Origin: a virus
Lineage: Duplodnaviria > Caudoviricetes
Strand: one strand, 5' to 3'
Virus record (IMG/VR): IMGVR_UViG_3300033145_002283
Coordinates: 1 to 63,039 of that record
Length of the DNA: 63,039 nucleotides
Part shown: piece by piece, positions 56,494 to 63,039 of the stretch
Layout: the number at the start of each line of letters is the position of its first letter
Numbering within the stretch: position 1 is the first letter of the stretch
Made by a program: the position numbers and the translations under genes
Notes under the pieces: generated by a model
Databases searched by the model: none
The model's input: only the letters and a program-made list of their open reading frames with translations
Told to the model about the DNA's origin: nothing

Positions 56494-57681
56494 TTATTGT
56501 TCCTTGCCGCAAAGCGGGCAGATATCAGGCATTAACCGGTCAAACTCGGTCTGCATCTTTTTCAATTCCTGTTCCTTTTTCTCCAGTTTTTCTTCGTTGT
56601 CGGAAATAGCCTCTGTTATGTCCAAAATAGAGTTAAATGATTCCGTTGTCTCTTTTATATTATAATCGAGAGATAATAATTTTTTTAATTTAATTTCAGC
56701 CGCCGGCGGCGGTAAATTCCCAATTCTGTCTTCACAGTCGGCCAACCGGTTAGTGATACTGCTCAATGAATCAAATTCATCTTGTTTGTCTTTTAACCGG
56801 GTTAATTCATTATCCAGTTCGCGGGTTTCTTTAACTGCCTTGGATAGCCATCTGTATTTTTTGATTTTGGTTTTGCTGGATTCAAGATGGTCGCATACCC
56901 GGGATAAATCCCGCCTTTTTCCTTTTGCTTGTTTAATACTGTCCATGATCTCTACCGCTTTATCAGCAGAACGGGCGGCACTATCAACCCACCGAAATGA
57001 TTCAAGCTTGGGTTTGCGGTTTTTTATTTCATTGATCAGTCTGGACAATTGGTTGTACTGGGATCTGGTTTTGTTTATTCTGTTTTGTAACGATTTCAGT
57101 TCTTCCAGATATCCGTCAGCATTATCAATCCAATTGAATTCTTTTATTTCTTCTTTCCGGTCTACAAGGTCGTCTTCCAATTTCCCCAGTTGCCGCTTGC
57201 GCCGTTTCACGGCAAGGTTGGCCCGGGCCATGCTTTGTTGCATGATATCCAATTTGGCTATTTGATTGATATAATTAGCGACCTTTCCGGATGTTTCAGA
57301 TAACAAAAATGGGCTGTCAGGCTGTCTGTGAATATTTACATCCTGGATATTGATGATTTTTTGAACGTCTTCCGGAACACCTTGTCCAAATGCCCGGTAT
57401 GGATCATTGTCATCAACCTGATATGAATTTTCTGACTTTGTTCTCTTTCTGATTATCTTCCGCCCGTTTATCCCGATTTCAACGGTTGTGCTTTCCTTCC
57501 CGGCCGTCCACGAAACAAACTCATCACCAGCTGGTTTGTTATTAATTACCCAATCAAGCGCTTTCATCACGGCGCTTTTGCCGGAATCGGAATCTCCGAT
57601 AATGGCGTTCACGCCGTGAGAAAATCTGATATTGGTGTTTTTGTGGGATAAGAAATTTTTGATTTTGATGTATTCAATCAT
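56494..57681 (-). CDS. sbcC: SbcC/Rad50 N-terminal half ending at the zinc hook
   Basis: NFLSH, GDSDSGKS, Q-loop, C-terminal CPLCG. Confidence 0.85.
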   Translation of the reverse strand: MIEYIKIKNFLSHKNTNIRFSHGVNAIIGDSDSGKSAVMKALDWVINNKPAGDEFVSWTAGKESTTVEIGINGRKIIRKRTKSENSYQVDDNDPYRAFGQGVPEDVQKIINIQDVNIHRQPDSPFLLSETSGKVANYINQIAKLDIMQQSMARANLAVKRRKRQLGKLEDDLVDRKEEIKEFNWIDNADGYLEELKSLQNRINKTRSQYNQLSRLINEIKNRKPKLESFRWVDSAARSADKAVEIMDSIKQAKGKRRDLSRVCDHLESSKTKIKKYRWLSKAVKETRELDNELTRLKDKQDEFDSLSSITNRLADCEDRIGNLPPPAAEIKLKKLLSLDYNIKETTESFNSILDITEAISDNEEKLEKKEQELKKMQTEFDRLMPDICPLCGKEQ

Positions 57682-57887
57682 TTTTGTTTCCCTGGTTTTG
57701 TAAAATAGAAGCGGATATTATTTGGGGCTGCTACCTGAGCAATAAAATCAAGCATACTCATTTTTTCAAGAACTTCGATAGATATAAATGCGGAAGCAGC
57801 GCCTCCCGCGTCCTCAATGGCTATTAGCAAAGACATCGTGGCTTCAATGGTATTTTTGACAAGTTTTTTTCTTTGTTTATCATCCAT
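57678..57887 (-). CDS. Hypothetical protein
   Basis: GGAGG RBS, ATGA overlap. Confidence 0.6.
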   Translation of the reverse strand: MDDKQRKKLVKNTIEATMSLLIAIEDAGGAASAFISIEVLEKMSMLDFIAQVAAPNNIRFYFTKPGKQK

Positions 57888-57889
57888 TT

Positions 57890-58399
57890 TTAGACCTCCT
57901 TTTTTGTCTTCAATCCTGCTTCAGCGGAAAGCAATTTATCGTCAACCAGATTATGCATATCTTTTAGGACCAAGGTCCAGCGGATAACTCCGTCTGCTGT
58001 TTCATAGGTTTTTTTGTTTCCCGACAATGCCTCCCCAAGTATTTCACTGATACCTTCTTTGATGTCGGACGCTAATTTATTGTGCTCGATATACTCTTCG
58101 TAGAATTTCTTAACGTCTGCCCACTGGACATAGCAGGCTGGCCAGCTGTTGATAGTGCCTGCACAGATACAGAACTCGCCCTGTTTTTCGTTAAAGGGCA
58201 GAAGTCCGTCCAGATAATATGCCTCATGACCAGTTGGGCCGCCTATGAAATGAAGGACAGTATTGCTACGTAGGTCTTGAAAGATCTCCATCTCAATCTG
58301 TCGTTCGAATTCCTCAGTGGTGCGATCTGTAAAAGTTTGGAGATCTTCACTCCAGCAGCCTTTTTCAATCACCCACCTACTGTTGATCTGCTTTTTCAT
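57890..58399 (-). CDS. Hypothetical protein
   Basis: AAGGAGGG RBS, TATAAT upstream. Confidence 0.7.
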   Translation of the reverse strand: MKKQINSRWVIEKGCWSEDLQTFTDRTTEEFERQIEMEIFQDLRSNTVLHFIGGPTGHEAYYLDGLLPFNEKQGEFCICAGTINSWPACYVQWADVKKFYEEYIEHNKLASDIKEGISEILGEALSGNKKTYETADGVIRWTLVLKDMHNLVDDKLLSAEAGLKTKKEV

Positions 58400-58442
58400 A
58401 ATCCCTCCTTTTTTATATTATAAGTAGACGGAGGTTTTTTAT

Positions 58443-58859
58443 TTAACCATGATGAATTTCAAATTTTTCTATCACGCTGATGGCTTTCAATTTTATCTCC
58501 TCACATTTACGCCATGCTACCACATTAATTTTGGGGCGTCTTTTAACAAAAGAATTAATCCATCTGAGCATGCTTTGTTCGTTGCCAAAAACCTTGAATC
58601 CGGAATTTGCTTTGGGCGGATACGCACCGGGATCAGTCCAATAAAGGATATGATTTGTTGTAGGCGTTTTTGGCAGTTTTACAGATGGCGTCTCTGTTTT
58701 TGTATTTGTCTTAATCATCTTTTCTTCTCCTGGTATCTGTTTATTCATATTTTTGATCTTTCTTATGGTATCAGAAATGGCCGACAAATCATTTTTGCAT
58801 TCGTCCGAAACCTTCATCACGATTCCGTGCAATCTCAAAATTATTTCGGCTTCGTTCAT
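58443..58859 (-). CDS. Hypothetical protein
   Basis: ORF track; co-oriented. Confidence 0.6.
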   Translation of the reverse strand: MNEAEIILRLHGIVMKVSDECKNDLSAISDTIRKIKNMNKQIPGEEKMIKTNTKTETPSVKLPKTPTTNHILYWTDPGAYPPKANSGFKVFGNEQSMLRWINSFVKRRPKINVVAWRKCEEIKLKAISVIEKFEIHHG

Positions 58860-58861
58860 TA

Positions 58862-59059
58862 TTATATACCTTTTTTTACGCGCCTTCTATGCGATTTCGT
58901 TCGGCCACAAAGAGGGCACCTATACCAACGATATATCCATTTGCCGATTTGTTCGTCATCAGCTTTGATCATTTTTACCGGCTTAAATGAACACTCATTA
59001 CAATATATATTCGCATATCCCTTGCCGATATTTTTAATTATCTTTGTTTTTCTATTCAT
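58862..59059 (-). CDS. Zinc-ribbon protein
   Basis: CNEC...CPLC. Confidence 0.55.
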   Translation of the reverse strand: MNRKTKIIKNIGKGYANIYCNECSFKPVKMIKADDEQIGKWIYRWYRCPLCGRTKSHRRRVKKGI

Positions 59060-59073
59060 TGCCGCTGTTTTCT

Positions 59074-59334
59074 TTAATATGAATGCCCCATGGATAAATC
59101 CGCATCTAAGAACTGGGCTTTATATCGCTGCTGGGTTCGTTTGACGCCTTCCCTGTACCCTTTTGACTCGGCCGCCCGGCGTGCTTTTTTAGCACAGTGG
59201 AGGCAGATCGGGACGGATATTTTGACATCATTTTCATCATCCTTCCAATTGGGAATGATAGCATCAGTCTCTTTTACAATATTTCCACATTCTTCGCAGA
59301 TCAGAACCAAATGAATATACGGTAATTTTTTCAT
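59074..59334 (-). CDS. Zinc-finger protein
   Basis: CEEC...CLHC. Confidence 0.6.
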   Translation of the reverse strand: MKKLPYIHLVLICEECGNIVKETDAIIPNWKDDENDVKISVPICLHCAKKARRAAESKGYREGVKRTQQRYKAQFLDADLSMGHSY

Positions 59335-59335
59335 G

Positions 59336-59842
59336 TTACCCTCCTTTATGGTATTGCTGACGTCTCCAATATGCGATCATGGCTGCAGCGCACCGATCTG
59401 TTTTAATTCCTCCCCTGGGACCAGAGAAATAAGCCCGGTCATCCGGGAAAATCTGGCAGACAATAGCCAGATGTGCTTTTTTTGCATCCCCATTATATTT
59501 CTTTTTTACGACCAGCCCTTTCATCCATGCCTGCGGAGTGGGGTTCAGATAGGATATTCCGTTTGCTGCCAGAACCATTTTCCACATCCCGTAATTTTCA
59601 CCAAAAGTGAACATGGATGTCACGCCCTGGTGCGGCATGGCATGGACCTTTTCAAGAGCAGCAAATATCTTGAACTCCCCAGTATTCCACCATGAGCAAT
59701 AATCTCTGATCAATTCAGCGCATAACAATTCATTTCCAGGCCAGTCTTTCACATCAAGAATATTCAAATCAAAATCAATAACGGCAATGGCTCCGGTCTT
59801 CCCCGGGTCGATACCAATAAAAATGGGTTGTATTTTTTTCAT
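59336..59842 (-). CDS. ruvC: RuvC-like Holliday junction resolvase
   Basis: IGIDPG..GA, LEKV, QGV.SMF.FG..YG, P..W. Confidence 0.85.
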   Translation of the reverse strand: MKKIQPIFIGIDPGKTGAIAVIDFDLNILDVKDWPGNELLCAELIRDYCSWWNTGEFKIFAALEKVHAMPHQGVTSMFTFGENYGMWKMVLAANGISYLNPTPQAWMKGLVVKKKYNGDAKKAHLAIVCQIFPDDRAYFSGPRGGIKTDRCAAAMIAYWRRQQYHKGG

Positions 59843-60996
59843 GAATATTTCCTTTTCCGATAGGACAGTTTGATTTCCTCTTCAATCCGCAACCATGTTT
59901 CCCCGCATAATTTTTTAATATCGGTTTCGGCGCAATCTTTTTCAATCATTTCTACAAGTTCTTTCTTTTGAAAGACCTTTTTAACTGTGCTATACCCTAC
60001 AGGGTTTATCCACGCCCCGTTTTTCTTCCATTGTTTGGATTTACATAAATAATCAACACAGGAGGAGATATCATCAATGCCATAATCAGTATAAACATCA
60101 AATTCGATCTCCCTAAGCTTGCCAGTTATTTTGTTTTTGGTGACCTCAGCCTTAACTTTATTGCCTATCTTCAGGCCATGGTCGCTATCTTTGATTTGGG
60201 TGATTTTGTTCAGCCATACCTGGTGAGAGGAATAAAAAAACGGGGCATTGCCTCCGGATGTCGTTGTTTGCCTTCCAAAAGTCACACCTATTTTTTGCCG
60301 GATTTGCTGGATAATAAACAGGGCCGAATTTGTCTTTTTTATAGCCCCATTGATCATCCGCAATGATTCTCCCATGATTTTGGCTTTTTCTGTTTTGTAA
60401 CTGCCCGTCAGTTCTTTAACAGCAGACGGATCCTTCATTCGTTTGATTGCAGCAGCGTATTCTTTTTCAAGTTCCTCGTCAGTCGTCAGGGAATCCATGG
60501 AGTCAAGCACATAAATAAATGGCTTACCAGCTTTGCACTTGGTGAGGATATTCATTTTGAAATCCTGAATGGTGTTGGAATAAACCGGCATCCCATCATC
60601 GTCCTCGCCACCCGGCGGCAATAGCCGTTCCCCAAGACGCCCAAATAGGTATTCCATATCAAATGCGAGGGCTTCCTCACAGTCGTCATAATAGAAATCA
60701 TAATCATCAAACCGGTTGTCTTCTGCCATTTCGGCCATGGCCGTCAGCATCAGGATCGTTTTGCCGGATGACGACGAACCTGGCACAGTTACAATTTTAC
60801 CCATCTGATATGCGGCAAAAGGATTATCAGAGCATGCCAGGTTCAGCATTGTAGACCCGGATGGAATGAGAATTTCGGTTGGAATCTCCTTTTTGGAAGG
60901 ATGGGCAATAGACTTCTCAATATCCCTGACCATTGCCCGGGTCCTCCTTTTCTGTTTTTTATCTGTAGTTGTCCGCCTTTGCTTTGTCCTGTTCAT
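59839..60996 (-). CDS. recA: RecA/UvsX-like recombinase
   Basis: GSSSSGKT, D.E.A, LDS, QIR.KIG, SGGNA.FYSS, KNK. Confidence 0.88.
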   Translation of the reverse strand: MNRTKQRRTTTDKKQKRRTRAMVRDIEKSIAHPSKKEIPTEILIPSGSTMLNLACSDNPFAAYQMGKIVTVPGSSSSGKTILMLTAMAEMAEDNRFDDYDFYYDDCEEALAFDMEYLFGRLGERLLPPGGEDDDGMPVYSNTIQDFKMNILTKCKAGKPFIYVLDSMDSLTTDEELEKEYAAAIKRMKDPSAVKELTGSYKTEKAKIMGESLRMINGAIKKTNSALFIIQQIRQKIGVTFGRQTTTSGGNAPFFYSSHQVWLNKITQIKDSDHGLKIGNKVKAEVTKNKITGKLREIEFDVYTDYGIDDISSCVDYLCKSKQWKKNGAWINPVGYSTVKKVFQKKELVEMIEKDCAETDIKKLCGETWLRIEEEIKLSYRKRKYS

Positions 60997-60999
60997 TTT

Positions 61000-61194
61000 T
61001 TATCTCCCGTGACGCAGAAAATCTTTAAATGCCCGTTCATCAATATACCACCGGCCGCCCACCTTAATTCCAAGGCTGTATTTTTTGGCCCAGGACGTGA
61101 TTGTAGGACGGCTGGGGCGGCCAAGGCCCATGTAAAAGGTTAGATCAATGGCCTTGGTGACCCCTATATATTTTTTGTTTGGATCGATCTTCAT
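61000..61194 (-). CDS. Small excisionase-like HTH protein
   Basis: SRPTI..W, KVGGRWYI. Confidence 0.65.
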   Translation of the reverse strand: MKIDPNKKYIGVTKAIDLTFYMGLGRPSRPTITSWAKKYSLGIKVGGRWYIDERAFKDFLRHGR

Positions 61195-62384
61195 CTGCGC
61201 CGTCTCACCCGCCTTGATTTTTCCTCGGGTTCTGCCTTTGCCTTTCTGGGCCTTCGCCTTGCGGCCGCAGGCCGTTCAGCCTCTTCCTCGTCATCGTCTT
61301 TGTCTTTTTTGGGCCGGCGGCGGGATGTCTTTTTCTTTTCCATTTCATCCTGTTTCTTGGCACAGGCCGTAAAAACATCATCAGGGCAATCCTCACAGGC
61401 CGGATCAGAATCACAGTCAACCCCAAATTCCAATCCAAATGGGCAGTCTTCATCAAACGGAGCATCATCAGCTTTTTCTTCCTCGTCCGGTTCGGGTTTG
61501 GCCTTTGCCTTTCTGGGCCTTCGCCTTGCGGCCGCAGGCCGTTCAGCCTCTTCCTCGTCATTGTCTTCGTTGTCAATATCCAAACCGAGGAACACTGCTG
61601 TAAATTCTTCCGGGGTTGGGACAACGAGCATGGCATCCAGCGGATATGTATCCTCCACAATATCGTCACTGTATGGTTCCCGGTCTTCGAAATCGATTTG
61701 GCTGACCTCAACATACGAGTTGCCGGCCTTGCCAAAATTTTTCTCCCTGCCCTTGAATCGGAGGGTTTTGCCCTCTTCAACATCTGAAAATAGGACAATG
61801 CCGTCTTCGTCATTTTCGGCTTCTTCCAGCAGGGTGGCTTCAAAAAGGTATCTGGAGTAATCCCAGATCTGAATGTCTTTTTCCGGTTCGTTGTAGTCGT
61901 ACACATTATACAGACACCGCCAGGTGGGCTTCAGGGCGTCCAGGACCTTTTCATCCGGATCGTCTTTCTGATATTCAGCGTCACGCTGGGCGCAGGCTTC
62001 GCAAGGCTGACCGAACATTTCCCGCAGGCACAGCATATTTTTCTTTTCCGGGCCGACATTGCGATGGACAGCATACTCAACCTTGTATTCCTCATCCCCG
62101 GACTCAAGACCAACCGGTTTGCCGTTGAATGTTCTGAGCTTGGAATACCATTTCTGGGAAACGACGAACGGTAAGATATCAATCACATTCTTTTTCTTGC
62201 CTGATTGCACCTTGTACATATTGACCTTCCCTTTTTTCCCGGATTTGGAAAGGTCCAGCACATCATTACCACCATACTTGGACACGTCCCGGTTTCTGAC
62301 CGCCCCTTGCGTCCTCCGCTTTAAAGCGGCTCTTCGTTCTTCTTTTGATTTTCTTGCCATAATCTTTACCTCCTTATGTTTCAA
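61191..62384 (-). CDS. T4 gp32-like single-stranded DNA-binding protein (likely start 62360)
   Basis: H..C...C..C zinc site, YNV, DVEEGKTL; acidic tail; next to recA. Confidence 0.7.
   Translation of the reverse strand: MKHKEVKIMARKSKEERRAALKRRTQGAVRNRDVSKYGGNDVLDLSKSGKKGKVNMYKVQSGKKKNVIDILPFVVSQKWYSKLRTFNGKPVGLESGDEEYKVEYAVHRNVGPEKKNMLCLREMFGQPCEACAQRDAEYQKDDPDEKVLDALKPTWRCLYNVYDYNEPEKDIQIWDYSRYLFEATLLEEAENDEDGIVLFSDVEEGKTLRFKGREKNFGKAGNSYVEVSQIDFEDREPYSDDIVEDTYPLDAMLVVPTPEEFTAVFLGLDIDNEDNDEEEAERPAAARRRPRKAKAKPEPDEEEKADDAPFDEDCPFGLEFGVDCDSDPACEDCPDDVFTACAKKQDEMEKKKTSRRRPKKDKDDDEEEAERPAAARRRPRKAKAEPEEKSRRVRRRR
61234..61561. repeat. 61-bp perfect intragenic direct repeat (61234-61294 and 61501-61561)
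   Basis: Encodes DEEEAERPAAARRRPRKAKA twice. Confidence 0.9.
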
Positions 62385-62497
62385 GATTTCTATCTATTGA
62401 CAATGACAATGTTATGCGGGGTTAATGGTAGCTTGCCTCTGTCCTCGGATAGGCTTGGGCGTCTGATTCTACAGATAGCCATTATTTTTCCTTCCCC

Positions 62498-62554
62498 GCA
62501 TAACAATCCACTGCACCGGACGGCTTCGCCGCCGGTGAGCTATGGCCGTTATAC
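62498..62554 (+). mobile_element. Integron attC site (57 bp)
   Basis: GCATAAC-AATCC-ACTGCACC-GGA-CGGC-TTC-GCCG-CC-GGTGAGC-TATGGCC-GTTATAC: paired core boxes, unpaired spacer, two extrahelical bases. Confidence 0.8.
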
Positions 62555-62854
62555 AGCTTCATAGGTTTTTTCGAAAATATCAGGCTTGCAGGGATATACT
62601 TCACCTGCAACACCTTTTATGATGTAGTCGCCAACAGACGCCATATGTGTTCCTTCAAGGGTGAAAATTTTTAAGCCTTCTTTCTTGACAAGTGCTTCGT
62701 ATTCTTCCCAAGAAAAATGCTTGGCTGAATTATTTAACCCTGTAAAATTAATTATTTCTCTAAGGTTTTCCCCCGTCCACTGTATTGCCTCTATCACAAC
62801 AGGACGTTTTTTGTATTTTGCCATCACCAAATCTCCTTTCTTACTGTATAACAA
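62549..62854 (-). CDS. Conserved phage protein (PGDYG-like; likely start 62824) inside a cassette-like unit
   Basis: KKRPVVIEAIQW, TLEG, GDYIIKG..GE.YPCKPDIFEKTY. Confidence 0.8.
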   Translation of the reverse strand: MLYSKKGDLVMAKYKKRPVVIEAIQWTGENLREIINFTGLNNSAKHFSWEEYEALVKKEGLKIFTLEGTHMASVGDYIIKGVAGEVYPCKPDIFEKTYEAV

Positions 62855-62925
62855 TCTGTTTCATTAGTTTTATAAGTTTTGCTCATACTATTACTTTCTC
62901 CAATCATATGAGCTGTATTATACAG

Positions 62926-63039
62926 ATTTTTCATCTAACAAACGTAATGTTGCAGATGTAACTGCTTTATGAAAAGCAAGCATTATTTCATTTTTGCCCC
63001 ATCCAGTCTTTTTTGAAATCAAACTTTCAAATTCTTCTT
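62926..63039. repeat. Terminal direct repeat, copy 2
   Basis: Identical to 1-114. Confidence 0.95.

Noticed and set aside
61000-61194. Evidence of lysogeny from an excisionase-like HTH
   Set aside because: No integrase, repressor or partition genes found; such HTH proteins are common regulators

Overview
Apparently complete, circularly permuted ~62.9 kb dsDNA tailed phage genome of siphovirus type. Bases 1-114 repeat at 62926-63039, and a 49-aa ORF reads across that junction. There are two transcriptional arms. The minus arm (25.0 kb down to 1, then 63.0 down to 51.2 kb) carries early genes, a sigma factor, a bacterial-type replisome (DnaE fused to a family-4 uracil-DNA glycosylase, a beta-clamp-like protein, DnaX, DnaB, primase), two SNF2 helicases, two DNA methyltransferases and recombination genes (RecA, gp32-like SSB, RuvC, split SbcC, SbcD, MazG, HNH). 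The plus arm (25.3-51.2 kb) carries terminase, portal, head, lysis and non-contractile tail genes. I found no integrase, repressor, tRNA or CRISPR array, so it is probably lytic. Main points of interest: (1) a MuF minor head protein fused to an intact type IB topoisomerase; (2) a four-gene glycosyl/acyl/sulfotransferase cluster shortly after the major capsid gene; (3) integron attC sites and cassette-like units around the genome junction without an integrase; (4) two families of structured intergenic repeats at module boundaries; (5) a free-standing copy of a tail-protein domain in the replication arm. All calls come from motif recognition by eye; no database searches were run.
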